Origin: Anaeromyces robustus
Taxonomy: Eukaryota
Direction: 5' to 3'
Assembly (NCBI GenBank): GCA_002104895.1
Contig: MCFG01000132.1
Coordinates: forward strand, 62,001-126,000
DNA: 64,000 nt
Below the pieces are notes generated by a model. It was given only the letters and a program-made list of their open reading frames with translations, was not told the DNA's origin and searched no databases. The translations under genes and the position numbers were made by a program. Shown here in pieces: positions 1 to 16,019 of this stretch; position 1 is the first letter of the stretch, and the number at the start of each line of letters is the position of its first letter.

Positions 1-268
1 TAGAAGTATATACACACTTTAATGTTTTTTTTTTTTTTAAAAAAAAAAAAGAAAAAAAGAAAAATAAAAATTATTAAATGAAATTTCTTTGAAATCCTTA
101 ATAATTTTATATAAGAGATTTCATTCAATTGAAAGATAATAATTTTTAATAGTCATATAGTCATATATATATATTTTCTTAATAATCGAATTTCTAATTT
201 TAAAATTAACATTTCATTACATATATCATATACATTTCTTCTATTTAATATTTATATTTATATTATAG

Positions 269-2036
269 TTTTATGGTTTATATAAAAGAGCTGTTGTTGG
301 TCAATGGTAATTTAATATATTATTATATATTTTTTAGTAATAATGCTTGATAAATATAATATTAATATATATGTATATATATTAAATATTTAGTGATATA
401 CCAAAACCAGATTTCTTTAATATTCTTGCATTAGCAAAATGGTAAATTTATATATATATTTAATAATCATATTATTAATATTGATAATAATAATAATTAA
501 TAATAATAATTAATATTTTTTTCTATTTATTTATTATTTATATTATTAATTTATTATATATTAATATAAATCTTTATTTTTATTAACATATTTTTTTTAT
601 TTTATAAAATATTTATATATACATGTTATTTTATTATAATTATTATATATATATTAATATATATATGAAAATAATTACATAATTTAATATTTTTGTTATT
701 ATATAATTAATCAAATTAATAATATTATTATTCCAATACATACAAAAACTATAATACATATATATAAAGGGAAGCATGGAAAAAACTTGATTCTCTTTCT
801 ATGTTAAAAGCAAGGGAAATATATGTAGATCAATTAATAAAAGTAAGTATTTTTTTTACACATACATAATATATTTAATATATGTATATTAATATAGTTA
901 TTATTATTATGATTATTATTAGTTATTAGAACGCTTTCCTGATAGACCAGATGTTGTTGAATTATTAGATACTTTTACAAAGTTACATCTTAATGATAAT
1001 GATGGTAATTATTTTAATATATGTATATATCATATTTTTTACTCCGTCTTCAAAATTATTAATATTAGTAATATTGTAATTAATATATTATTATTAGATA
1101 CTATTAGTAATAAATCACAAGCAAAATCAAACACTCTTCGTTCTAATGGTTCAGATAGTATTAATAACGATTTTCAAATAGGAAATGTTGATAATCAACA
1201 AATAGAATTTACAACAACTCGTGAAATAAATAATAATAATAATAGCAATCAAGCTAACAGTATAAATATGAATAATAGTATGAATAGTAGTATAAATCTT
1301 GGAAGTCCGGGACTATCTCGTAATAATAGTAGTCAATCTACTACAGAAGAATTTATTATCAATAGTAATCGTAATTATTGTTTTTATTTTTTTTAATACT
1401 TTTATTTTTTAATAATAATAATATTTTTTTATATTAAATCAGATAGAAAAAATGTATTTTTATATATTATCAACTATAATTTAAATTTAATTATTTCAAT
1501 AAATATTAGTATTATAAATATTTTATTTATTTATTTATTTATTTATTTATTATAATTATAATTTTATTTTCATTTTTAAAATAATGATTTTTTAATAGGT
1601 CCTACTACAAGAAGTAGATCAAAAACCGATGGAAGTATATATAATGCTATACCAAATGAAATTTCTTTAACTCCACTACATCAAGAAGATCCATCTTCTT
1701 TACGTTCAGATTCTTATCTTTCATCTTCATTGAATAATCCTTCATTAAATCAAAAAACTAGTCCACTTCATCCAACAATGAGTCCATTAAATCCAAATTT
1801 AAATATGGGTTTAAATATGGGTAATATGGGTATAAATATGGGAATGAATAATCCAAATGCAAAAATTGCTGCATCTACTTCTATGTCTATTGTTATGTTA
1901 ACTAGACTACGTGATCTTGAAATTGAAGTTAATTCACTTAATAATCGTCTTAATATGCTTAATAATCTTATAAAAAATAGAAGTAAAAATTCACTTCAAA
2001 ATTGGTTAAGGGTAAATATTTGATATTTATTTATTA

Positions 2037-2067
<31 letters not shown>

Positions 2068-2359
2068 TATTTATATATATAATGTAATATATATTTAAAT
2101 TATTTATATTTAAATTTGAATATTAATTTTAATATCTTTAATTTTTTTTTTTTTTTTTATTTATTTCATATTTATATAATAGTTTATTCTTAGAACTTTT
2201 GGTGCTAATTTAATAATATTCCTTGGTTTATTATTAATTTTGGGCCCATCAGGTTATGAAAAAGTATTTGGTAAATTACCAATATGGGTTGTTAAACTTC
2301 AAGCTAGATATATATTAAATTCAGGTTCAAAATCAACTAAAGCTATATGTGATGAATAA
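269..2359 (+). CDS. Acyl-CoA-binding domain (ACBP) protein with coiled coil and C-terminal transmembrane anchor, ACBD4/ACBD5/Atg37-like; 5' end lies outside the window
   Basis: Exons 269-306, 394-441, 770-842, 923-1004, 1098-1370, 1599-2011 and 2183-2359 join in frame via GT-AG introns. The translation FYGLYKRAVVGQCDIPKPDFFNILALAKWEAWKKLDSLSMLKAREIYVDQL matches the ACBP signature (YxLYKQA...KWxAW...A...Y). It continues with a coiled coil (RLRDLEIEVNSLNNRLNML) and a hydrophobic tail (FGANLIIFLGLLLILG). Stop TAA at 2357-2359. Confidence 0.85.
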
Positions 2360-3761
2360 AATTCCAATATTTAATTCAATATAAAATATAAGAAAAATAC
2401 AAAAAAAAAAAAAATTACTTTTTTTTTTTTTTTCATAGATAGAAAAATTTAAGAAAGATATCAATTATTAATATATTCTTATTATTATTAAATATTATAA
2501 ATATTATAATTATATTTAAATAAATTAAATTATAACAAATAACAAATAAAAAAAAAAAAAAGAAAAAATAGAAATAAACAACAACAAAATATATATATAT
2601 TGATAATAGTAACATTAAACAATTATTAAATATAGTATCTTTTATAATATAATATTAATAATTAATACAACTTTTTTAAATCCAAAAATTAAATGGAAAT
2701 ATAATATATATATACATAAAAATTACATATGAAAAAAAGAATTAATAATTCAATCAAATAATAAATATAATATAATAGAAATTGTTAGTAATAACAATTA
2801 TTAAATTCAATAATAATATATACCTTTAGATTTATTTATTTATTTTTTTTTTTTTTTTTCTTTTTATTTTTTTATAAAATATAAATTAATAAAAAAAAAA
2901 AAAAAAAAGAAAAAAAAAAAGAATTAATTATTATAACAAAATAAAATTATAAAAAAAAAAATACAATTAATAACTAAGCAAAGAAACAATAATGTAATAA
3001 TTATAACTTGTATTAAAAAAAAGAAAAAAAAGAAAAAAAGAAAGAACTAAAAGAATATCAAATATATAGTAAGATTGTATATATGTTTATATATATATAA
3101 TTATAAATTTTATTCTAATATAAAATAAAAAAAAAAAACGGATAATTAAATAATAGTTAATTTTAAACATTTATATTAATTATAATTAATTAATATATGG
3201 AAAAAATTTAATTATTAAATTATTAAATATTATTATATTTATAAAATAAAATAAAAAAATCCACCCCCTTGTTTTTTAAAAAAAATAAAAAATATAAAAT
3301 AAAATAAAATAAAATAAAATAAAATAATAAAAATAATAAAAATTAAAAAAAAAAAAAAAAATTAAATATAAGTAATATAGTATTAAATAATATTGAATTT
3401 TTTTTTTTTATTTTTTATTTTTTTTTTGCTTTTTCTTTTTCTTCTCTTCTTGCTTTTACAATAAACTATAATTAGTAATTATATTATTATTGTATTTTAT
3501 GATAATATAATTAGCTATAAAGATTATTCTTGTTAAGGATCTAAATATAAATATATTCTTTTATGTTATAAATAAGTTCATAATTATATTATCATCTTGT
3601 ATTTTTATTTATTATTCATTGTTTTTTTTTTTTTTTTTTTTAATATTTATTGTTTATTGTTTATTATTAATTAAATTATTGTCACTCCAATATTATTATT
3701 GATTAATTAATTCATTATCATTATTTATTTAATTTATATATAAATTTATATATTGATTCCT

Positions 3762-3824
<63 letters not shown>

Positions 3825-3832
3825 TTATATAT

Positions 3833-3891
<59 letters not shown>

Positions 3892-5212
3892 TTTTATTTA
3901 TTTATTTTTTTTTTAATTTAATAAAATAATACACTACTTTTGTCATAAGAATTTTTTTTTTATGGCAAAAATAATGTATATTTTTTAATATTTTTTTGAT
4001 ATTTTTAATATAAATAAAATTAAATTAATTAAAAAAAAAAATTTTTTTTATGCTTAAAAATCTTTAATAATTTAATCATAAAAAAAATTTTTTTTTCTTT
4101 TTTTTCTTTCTCTCTTTTTATTTTAAATTCAAACTTAATTGCTGCGCATTCATAATTTTTATTATAATTATTATTATTATTATTTTTTTTATTTTTAAGT
4201 TTTATCGAGTTTTTTAATTTTATTTTATATCTCATTACAATAAACTTTTTTTATATATATTTCTTTGTAATTATTTACACTATTTTTTAAAAAAAATAAT
4301 AATCAATTGTAATAATATCTTTGTACCCATAAATATTCAGACATAAATAATTATCTTACCTAATTTTTTGTTTATAATTATTTTGAATAAAAAAAATTAT
4401 TAAAAAATTAAAAAATTCAATAAGAGAAAGAAAAATATAAAGTAAGTACTGAACAGACGCACATTTTTTTCATTTAAAATATATTATTATGTTAATAATA
4501 TATATAAAAGAATAATATACAGAATTATTGAAAAAAAAAATAAAAATAAAAATCAATTTGAAATTCATCCATTTCGAAAATTTAATTTTAATTTTCCCCA
4601 AAAATTAATACCTTCAGAAAATAAAAAACGAAGTAATGAATCAAAATAACTCCTTATAAATAAATATAAAGAATAATTAAAAATAAAAAAAAAGAAAAAA
4701 ATGAAAAAAAAATAATGATAATCAATATATTTAATATTACTTAAAGTTATATAAAACAAATGATAATTTAAAATTAAGATATTTAAAAATATAATATCAA
4801 AACATAAATAAAAATAAAAAAAAAAAATTCTGGTGACTCTTTATAAACAAAAAAAAATAAATTTTTAAAAACAGTATTGAAATCTTCATACAATTAATAA
4901 AAATAAATAAATAAATAATCAAGAAATTTTGTATTTGAATTTTGTTTATAAGCCATTTCCTTATAATCTTTTAGAAATCCAAAAAATCTATAATTAAATA
5001 TATAGAAATATCAATATAATTTTATAAATTTCATCTAATAATCGATGAAAAAATAAATAAACAAATAAATAATAAATAAATAAAAGTTTATATATATATA
5101 TATATTATTTAAAATTTCAATTTCTAAAATAACCTCATAATATGCATTATTTTAAATATTATATTTTAGGTTTATATATAATTTTAAATAAATAATATAA
5201 TATATAAATATC

Positions 5213-6869
5213 ATGAGCACTGACGAAGAAAAACAATTAAAATTAAACGAACTTGATGATTTAGTATTTGGAGCTGTAAATATTATCTATAATTATTTAT
5301 AATAAATAATTTTTTTTTTTATCTCTTTTTCACAATAACAAAGTAAAAAAAAAAAAAGAAAAGAAAAACAAAAACAAACAACAAAAAACAAAAATAAAAA
5401 TAAAAGACATATATATATATATAAAAAATGAGTAATTGAATTTTAAAATCTATCCTTATATATTATTTATAAAGATTTCCGGCATTGCAGGAAAAATAGT
5501 AGAATTTCCATTTGATACCGTTAAAGTTAGACTTCAAACTAGTTCTAATGATACTTTTAATGGTACTTTTGATTGTATTGCCAAAACTTATAAAAATGAA
5601 GGTATTGCTGGATTCTACAAGGTATAAATTATATCTATATTAATAATTTTATGTAATATATACTTTATTATCATTAAAGGATTCTAAGTTTAATTAATTA
5701 ACAAATATTATAAAATTTTTGAAAAATATTTTCTTTGTCATATATATATACATTTTATATATTCTATATACAATTATTAATAATCTTTATCCGAACATTT
5801 TTATACACTATAAAAAATTATAATTGAAAATGAAAATAATGATTTTAATAAATAATAAAATAGGGTCTCTCTTCACCATTAGTTGGATCTATGATTGAAA
5901 ATGGTGTTTTATTCTCAGGTTTCTCCTTAGCTCAACATATAATTAGAAAAGCAACAAATAAATCTGAAGATGAACCACTTAGCATGGCACAATATACCCT
6001 AGCCGGTGGAATTGCAGGTACTGGTGCTGCCTTGCTTTTAACACCTGTAGAATTAGTTAAATGTAAATTACAAGTTCAAGATGTTGAATCATTATACCAT
6101 GCTAAAAATGAATTAACTTCTACTATCTCTAAAACTGCTACTAATGAAATAGCGAATAATACTGTTCAAACTACTCCAAAACTTCATTATAAGGGACCTT
6201 TCCATGTTATTTATAGTACTATTAAAAATCATGGTTTAAAAGGTATGTATCGTGGACATATGGGTACTCTTATTCGAGAAGTTAGTGGTGGTGCAGCATG
6301 GTTTGGTGTATATGAATTAGCTTGTAATTATACAATGAAATCTTCTAATGTTAGTAATAAAGATGATTTACCACCATGGAAACTTGCAGTTTGTGGTGCA
6401 TTAGCTGGTATATCATATAATTCTCTTTCATTCCCAGTAGATGTTATCAAAAGTAAAATGCAAACTGAAGATTTTGCTGTAACTAATGGTAAAAAAATAG
6501 GACAAAAACTTGGTAAAGGTTTTGTTACTACAGCAACTGATATTTATAAAGCTGGTGGTATTCGTGCCTTTTATAAGGGATGTGGTATTACTATTGTTAG
6601 AAGTGTACCTTCTAGTGGTATTATTTTTGTAACTTATGTAAGTTTAATTATAATTATATTAAAATATTATTATAAATAATATATATATATATATATATAT
6701 TTTTTTTTCATTTTTTAAAAATAAAAAAAGTAAAATATTTATTAATATAAAATGTCTTTACTAATTATTATTTTTAATTTTTATAATAAATTTTTTTATT
6801 ATTAAATATATTTAAAAATTTTAATAGGAATTATTAAAAAGAAACTTTGGTAGACATGAATATGTTTAA
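5213..6869 (+). CDS. ORT1: Mitochondrial carrier family (SLC25) protein, ornithine/basic amino acid carrier ORT1/SLC25A15-like
   Basis: Exons 5213-5275, 5475-5621, 5864-6637 and 6828-6869. Three Px[DE]xx[KR]x[KR] signatures: PFDTVKVRLQ, PVELVKCKLQ, PVDVIKSKMQ. The motifs EFPFDTVK, ENGVLF and IRE resemble the substrate contact points of ornithine carriers. Confidence 0.88.
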
Positions 6870-7504
6870 ATTTAAAACATCATCATTTTTTTAAAAAAAT
6901 ATATATACATACAACAGCTAATATGCTTTATCAAATAAATATAAATATAAATAAAAAGCAAAGAATAAAAAATAAAAAATAAAATATAAAATATAATAAT
7001 AATTAAAAATAATTAAATATATAAATATGTATAATATAATTTTATTTTTTATCTATTGAATAAAAAATAAAAGCAAGATAAAAAATCAAAAATCATATAT
7101 ATGTTTATTATAAGTTTTTATAGTTAGATTAATAATAAATAATATATATATATGAAAGTAAATATTAATTATGTTATTATCTTTTAAAAAAAAATTTTTT
7201 TAAATACCATATCAAAAGTAACATTTTTTTATTATCTAATTAAATATTGTAATGAATTTTTTATATATTAATATTAATATAAGATAATGAATAATAAAAA
7301 AATTTTATTATAATAAATAATAACAATATTAATTAAAAATGAAGAAATGAAAAAAAAAAAAAAATAAAAAAATAAAAAAATGAAAAATAAGAAAATAAAA
7401 AAATAAAATATAGATAAAATAAAATAAGGATAAAATAAATGAGCAGTTCTTTATAAATGATATAGATTTAATTTATAAATCATACATATAAATAAGAATA
7501 AAAA

Positions 7505-7540
<36 letters not shown>

Positions 7541-8210
7541 AAAAAAATATATATATATAAATATCCTTTAATTAGTGCCTTTTTTTTTATACTTCTTTTT
7601 TTTATTGTATTTTATAATACTTTTTATAATGACAATAATAATGGAAAAGTTTTATATATAATAAATGAATAAAAAATCCATCTATCTATATATATTATTA
7701 TTATTAATTTTAATTTTTTTAATATATTATTTCAAAGTAAAATATTTCAAAGTAAAATATTTTTTTTTACAGTGGAATATACACTCTTAATTAACTTTAG
7801 TATAAATAATGATAATTATGATTTATTAATTTAATTATTATTATTATTAAAGTTAGCTCAATCAGTTTATATATTTTATGTAATATTGTTTATCTTTATT
7901 TATTTCTAAATAATTATATATTAATTTTTTAAAGTATAATACATATTTAATCTTAATAATTATACTTATAAAAATATTAAATATTTTTAATTGATAAACA
8001 ACAAATAAAAAATAATAATAATTGTTTATTTTTATTTAATATAAGTATTATTTGTAACAATAGATAATAATAAGTATGGATATTTAAATAAAAAATTTAA
8101 ATATTACTTTATAAAATAATTTTTCATAATAAATGCTATATAGAAATTTATTATGTATTCTTCACTTCTGTAAATAAATATATAAAAGCAATGTTTTTAT
8201 TTATTTATTT

Positions 8211-8262
<52 letters not shown>

Positions 8263-8836
8263 TATATTTATTTATTATTTATTATTTATTTATTTATTTA
8301 TTTATTTTTGAAATAGATGTATAATACATATAACAATAAAAATAAAAATCAATTATTAAAAAAATAATAAAAAATATTTAAAAATTATATATATAAATAA
8401 AAGTATTAACATTTATATAATAATTATACTAATAAAAATGAAATAAAAACCAGAAATTATTGAAAATTTATATGTTTTTCTTCATATAAAAGTTTATATA
8501 GTAATAAAAATCCATTAAATACTAATAATAATAATCAACTTTTTTTTATATATTATTTATTATCATTGACATTTATAATCAAAATGTAAAAAAATAAATT
8601 AAATAATATTAATTATTATATTATTATAAATAAATAAATTTTGTTTTGCTTTTGGTATAAAGCTATTAGTTTCGTTACATATCAATCTGTATCAAAAATT
8701 CATGGAATTACGATTTATTAATTATAAAACTTTTTTTCAATAATAATTCCAAATAACTATAAAACTTAAAAACATTTTTAATAATAATTTATTTTTTCAT
8801 TTTTTTACAATAAATTATTTACTATTATTAATATAA

Positions 8837-8867
<31 letters not shown>

Positions 8868-9699
8868 CATTCCAATAGTAATAAATAACAATCATTCATA
8901 TTAAATATAAATAACTTTATTATTATTAAAATTAATATATGTTTTTTTTTTTTTTTTTTAAAAAAAAAATTTTAAATATTAATCTAATTTTATTTTTAAC
9001 GTTTTGAAAGAAATAAAAATAAATTATAAACTCGTTTTTAATAGAATTAATTTAAATATTCCACTGTTTCATTTATTTTATTTATGAAAAAGTAAAAAAA
9101 AACTTCAGATTTGTTTTATTACATTTTTCATCAAAAAAAAAAAAAAAAAAAAAAAAAAGAAAAAAGAAAAAAAACTCATAACAATTATTACATAATACTA
9201 CACTGTATAATAATAAATTAACAATATTTTAATAAATATTTTACTTTTTATTCATGATACTAATAACAGAAAATTTCTATTTATATAAAAAAACTTTAAT
9301 CTTATAATTTTATTCATAATAATATTTTAATTTCTTAGCATATAATAAACCATAAACCATAATTCATATAGGTTAGAAAAAAAATATACAGTAAAAATAA
9401 ATTTATAATACTGATTTTTTTTTTTTAAACCAGTATCCAATATCAATAATAAATATAACATACATATATTCCATTTTAAAGATATTATTACATAATAATA
9501 GTATCTGTATATTGTTGATTAACAACTTTTGGAAAAAAAAAAATATAATAAAAAAGAATTAAAAAAAAAAAAAAAAAAAAAAACTATATAGATATATATT
9601 TAATCAAAAAATAATAATATAAGCAATATTATATATATATCTTTTCTTTTCTTTTTTACTTTTCCTTTTTCTTTTTTTCTTCACTTTTAATGTTACTAT

Positions 9700-10087
9700 A
9701 TGAAAAAAAGAGTTAATATCAATTCTGCAAAAAATGAATTATTTCAATTTGAAAAGTTACTTACTAGAAATTTAGTAAATAATGGTGGAGGCGGTTCTTT
9801 ACCAAATTTATATAAAAATAATTTTGATTCTAAACCTTCAACTTTACTTAACGAACAAACTTTTAATTCATCTGCACAATTAAATTCAATAAAAAATAAT
9901 GGTAATAATAATAAAAAAAACCGTAGTACTTCAAATTTAAATCAAATTTTTACATTAAGTCAAACTCAAGTTGAGACTGAAACTGAAATTACTGATAATC
10001 ATCAAGATATAGATATTACAAATATTCAGTATGTAGTATATATACAAATAAAAAAACTAATATAAAAACAAAATATAATAATAACAA

Positions 10088-10158
<71 letters not shown>

Positions 10159-11837
10159 TTTTTGTTCTATAAATTAATAATGCAATTTAAATAAATTATT
10201 ATTATATGAACCATGATTTTTATATATTTAGTAATGTTAATTTTTGATAACTAAATAGAAAAACTAACAAATATACCATTTATTTTTATTTTTTTTTTTT
10301 TCTTAAAAAAATAATTATTTAATTAAGAAATCATATTAAGACTATCAATATACTGAATGTTAATTATTTAAAACTATATACCACCTATTATACAAATTTA
10401 TGTAATTAAATTAATCTTTTTTTTATAAGAAATATATAAAGAAATATTTTTAAAAAGTTGGGTTTAAGAATTAATTATAAATATATAAATAGATAAATAC
10501 TATAATATATTTAATTATTATTGTAAATCATAAAATGGATATGAAATAATAAATTGACAAAAAAAAAGATTAATATTAAAATTAAAAATCAACAACTACT
10601 TAATAAATTATTTAATAATATATCTGTACTAATTATTTTATAATATTTATAATATATCTTATTTATTTTTTCAGCTAAACAAAAAGAAATATCAGATACA
10701 AATTATTTCGTATCAATTTCATCTTATTTTTCAAAATGGACAGACATTTTAATGCATTTTTTTAAATATGTAAGAATATACAAAAATAAGAAAAAAAAAA
10801 ACATTTTCTTATTATAATATTTCTAAAATATTTCTATTGTTATCATAATTATTATTATGTTGTTATAAAAAAAATATTTAATTTTTTTTTTAAATATTAG
10901 TTTTCTATTGATTATGAAATTCCAACATGTCCTGATTATATTGAGAAATTTGTTATACTAAATGATGATATCTATGGTCAATATGAACATAATAATTCAC
11001 ATATAAATAATATACGAAATTGTATGTATTCATTATATAAATGGAATTCTCTTTTTTTAAAAGTGATGGTAAATATCTGCAATACGACATGTCACGATAT
11101 ATTATTAAATATTTTTAATATTTACAAAAAAAACTTATATATTATTATATAATATTTTTATTATATTTAGAAAATAATAGAAGAAAAAGATAAAGAGATG
11201 AAAAAAATTATAGATCATTATGAAGCACAAAAAGAGCATATACAATTATTAAAAGAAGTAGTTAATCAAAAATATGGAAAAGATTCAGCTCAATCTATTA
11301 TACATAAATATATTTTTGAGAAAAAAAAAACTATAAAGGTATACTATAACATAATATTTATAATATATATTATAAATATATTATATAATCTATTTTAATA
11401 AATAAATGTCAAATTTTTAATTTAAAAAGTCATATATATATATATATAAATGAGATATTTTTTTTCTATATTAATATTTTTTTTACTTATATACTTAATA
11501 TACTTATAATAAAATATTATTATAATGAATCCAAAATTAAATTATATCTCATTATATCATATCAAAAAAAAAAAAAAAAAATAAAAATAAAAATAAAAAT
11601 AAAAATAAATAAATAAATAAAATATAACATAATGTAATAAAATTAAATAGAAAAATGAACTTGAAAGAAAGAATATTGTTTTAAACCTTCAAAATGAGTT
11701 AATTGACCCAAATAAAATTATTGAAAAAAAAGAAATAGAAACTCAAACCGAAAAATGTGAAAGTTTTGATAAATCAACGGAAACTACTACTGTAATATAT
11801 TAATTATTATTGTATTAGTATTATCTACTTTTTATGT

Positions 11838-11872
<35 letters not shown>

Positions 11873-14658
11873 TAAAAATAAACATAATATATATGTTATA
11901 TATGCTATATAGGTTTCTTATAATACAATCTCTGTACAAACATCATTAAATGCTAATGAATTAGAGGATAACATAAATTCTATAAATTCTATGTCATCAA
12001 AAGTAACTATAAATTAAATTAAAATAGCAATATTTAAATATATAATAATAATAATAATATAAATAAAAAAAATTAATTATATTTTTTATTAGATAAAGGA
12101 ATTAGAATTAACACAATTAAGTTCTATGTCAGAATTATCAAACCTTAAGGAATCTTATAAGGTAAAGTAAAATATATGTATATATATATATATATATATG
12201 AAATAAAAAAGATTTTAAATATAAAATATTAAATTAAATATCAATAAAACTAATTTCAAAATAATAATGCAATAATTATTTTTATTTTTCTAATATAATT
12301 ATATATATAGAAAAAACAAATGGAATATAAAAAGAAAATGGAAAGCAAAGTATCATTAATACAAAATGAAAATGATATATTAAAAAATAATGAAAATTCA
12401 TTGAAAAATAAATTAGATGAAATATCAAAAAGTTATGAAATGCTGAAAAGTGAATGTAATTAAGAATTAGGAATAATAATAATAATAAATAATAATAATA
12501 AATACCGAAGATATAAATTTTATATATATATATATATGTTAATAAAATTTTTATCTATTTTCTTACTTTATTTATAGGTCAAAATGCAAATTTATCTAAT
12601 GAAAAATTAAATGAATTAAATTATATAAATGAAGTAACTTTATCCAAAAATAAAAAATCAATAGAATTATTAAATGAGGAATTAACACAAAAAGAAAATG
12701 AATTAAAAATGATTACAGATGAATATAATGAATATAAAAAAAATTGTAATGATAGTATTGAAATTAAAAATAAAAAGATAAATGAATTAAATGATAAAGT
12801 ATTAAATTTAGAAAAAAGTATCAAATGTTATGAAATAAAAGAAAAAGCATTAACTGAAGAAATTGATATTTGGAAAGAAAATGAAAAAAAATTAAAAGAA
12901 ACTTATGGTGATCTTCATTATTCATTATTAGTAGCTCAAGAAGAAAATAAAAAATTTAAATCAAATATAGAAGAAAATAAAAATAAATGTAAAAATTTAG
13001 AAGCTAAGGTTAAAGAATTACAAACTAATCTTTATACTCTTGTGGATAATCCTAATACTGAAATTAATACAAGTGTGTTAGTAACAGGTAAATTAATAAA
13101 AATTTTAATAATAATAAAAAATAAAATAAAATAAAATAAAAAATAAAATCATAAAAAATCTCTTAATAAATTATTAACTTATATATATTATTCGTTTATA
13201 AAATATTTCAAAAATAAAAATAAAAAAAAAACATATATAAGATTCTGTTATAGAAGAAAAAATAGCAGCAAATAATATAAAAATATCATTATTAGAAGAA
13301 ATAAATGATAATTATAGAAAAATACAATTAGAAAAAGGTATTAATATGTATTCATACATATATTTTCCATTATTTATTAGTTTAAATTATATTTTATTAA
13401 GAACTAAAAATTTTTATATTTTCTTTTATAAATTATAATGTAATATTAAAATGAAATAAAAAAAAAAATAAAAAATGAAAAATGAAAAAAACCAGTTAAT
13501 ACAAAATCTATAGATTTAAAAGAAAAAATTGAAAAAGTTAAAAAATCACAAGAAATATTTGAGAATGAAAGATTGAAAAAACTTTTACAAAAAAGTAAAG
13601 CTTATGAAGATCAAATGAATGCCTTCTTGAATAATTATAGTACGCCATCACCTTCACAGTCACATCCCCCACAACTTCCACCAAAAAAAAAAAGAGATAT
13701 CCGAAGTGCTTCTTCTATTGTAACTATAGAAAGTATAGATGATGAATCCAATAATAATAACAATAATGACTATGATGAATTCAAAAATACAAAGTCATCT
13801 TCGATTACCACCAATAAAAATTTTTCAAATAGTATTAATAGTTTAGATATGATCACTCCTCATACTAATAATTATTTCTTAAAACAAAGTAAAACTATAA
13901 ATGATGATCAAAACAATCTTAATAACAATAATTATTATGATATTTCTAATTATAATAATAGCGATTCCTCAAATATTAAGAATAATAATCGTAGCAATAA
14001 TACTACAATTAATGCAAACAGTAATAATAACAATACAAATAATAAAAATAATAATAACAACAACAGTAATAACAACAACAACAATAATAATAATAATAAT
14101 AATAGATTCCCAATTCTTCAAAAAGAAAATGAAACCAAAAATACAAATGATAAAATATTTTGGAATGCACCTTTAAAAAATAATAAACTTAATAATATAT
14201 ACCCAACCACATATACCTCTTCTATTAAAATGGCTGAAATTATATATAAAGGTTTTCCAAGACCAAATAAAAAATTTAATGATAATAATAATAATACCAA
14301 TACCAATATAAATAAAAATAAATCTAATAATAATAAAACTCCAGTAATACGAAATACTTCTTCCATTTTGTCCAATAATAAATTAAAACAACAACAACAA
14401 CAAGATGAAATTACTAGTTCTATGAAAACTTTAAATAGAATTCCAACAAAATATCCACCAGCTGAATTAAGTAAATATATGATACCTTCTAAAGAATCTT
14501 ATAATAAAACAACGACACCAATATCCATATATAGTTTTAATTCTGATATTACAGAATCAAATTATTATAAAACATCAGAATCAAAAATATTAAAACCACC
14601 GACAACAACTAAGCGTTTAACTTTCAATAATAATATCTATTCCAAAAAGAAAAAATAA
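9700..14658 (+). CDS. Large multi-exon coiled-coil protein with Asn/Ser-rich disordered C-terminus; function unknown
   Basis: About 12 exons in continuous frame, starting near 9700, 10328, 10676, 10901, 11171, 11651, 11913, 12093, 12311, 12578, 13242 and 13496, with GT-AG junctions. The central part has K/E-rich heptads. The last exon is the 13573-14658 ORF. Some internal boundaries are approximate. Confidence 0.7.
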
Positions 14659-15182
14659 AATAACACATATATAATAATAAAAATAAATAAATAAATATCA
14701 AAAAAAAATTGTAAAAAAAAAATAAATAAATAAAATAAAATTAAAATTAAAAAAATAAAAATTAATAAAATATTATTTGACTTCATAGTTCAAAAATAAA
14801 AATCAAAAAAATATTATAAATAAATTTCTTTAAAAATAATTGAAACAATTAATTGAAATATGTTTATTGTGTTTTTATTTTATTTATATTAATAACTTAT
14901 ATTTTTTATTTTTTATTTTTTTTTTTTAATTTTTTTTTCGTGTTATTTCCTATATTTATTAATATTTAAAATATCTAATGATTATTAAATATTTAAGATA
15001 ATAATATTTTAAAAAATTTTTTTTTTCCTTAATGACAAATTCTATTGTATAAATTCTATTATTTATATTTATATACAATTTATTTATTATATATTTACAT
15101 AATATCTATTATTAAATAAATAAATTAATTTGGTATAATTTATTTAATTATTATTGGTAGCTATATAGTAAAGAAAGGAAAA

Positions 15183-15941
15183 TCAAATACATATTGAAGA
15201 CATATATTTTAATGCTATAAATCCATAGCCAAATATATTACTTTTATTTCCATTATATTGTAATGAAATGGAAGAATTTGGTGGTAAAGATAAATAGTCC
15301 TATTTATTTAAATAATAATATGTTTATATTCATAAATAAAAAATAATTAATATACTATTAAACTATACATATCTCTAATAATTATAATAATAATAATAGT
15401 AATAAAAAGTAAAAAAATAAAAATAAAAAAACTTTTTTATAATAAAAATTAATTTAAGAAATATTTACTATTAAGCTTAACCCCGTTGCTGAACCAGGTT
15501 TTAATTTACCATTTGATAATATATAACCAGAAGAATGATGTACTATATAAGAAGATGAATTAATAGCAGACATAACAGTTTCCCCATTAATTATTAATTT
15601 TATAGTAGGTTTAACTTTAGTGAAAAAAGCAAAAGATATTTCATATATACCTTCATTTTGAACTTTAATAACACTACTATTTATCTCCCATTGGAAATTG
15701 TTTCCATCTGAATTATAAGTTTCTATATTCCATGGTATACTTGAGTCGAAATTAAGGGTTTCTGAATTCCATATCCATTGTCCACATTGGCAGAAAGGTT
15801 TACGTAAAGATTGTTGATATATATCTTTACAACTATTAATATCAGAAGCTAATTTAATAATTTGAAAATATATTATTATTATTAGTATTATTATAATTAT
15901 TATTATTATCATTATTATTGTTATCATTATCATTATTATTG

Positions 15942-16019
<78 letters not shown>

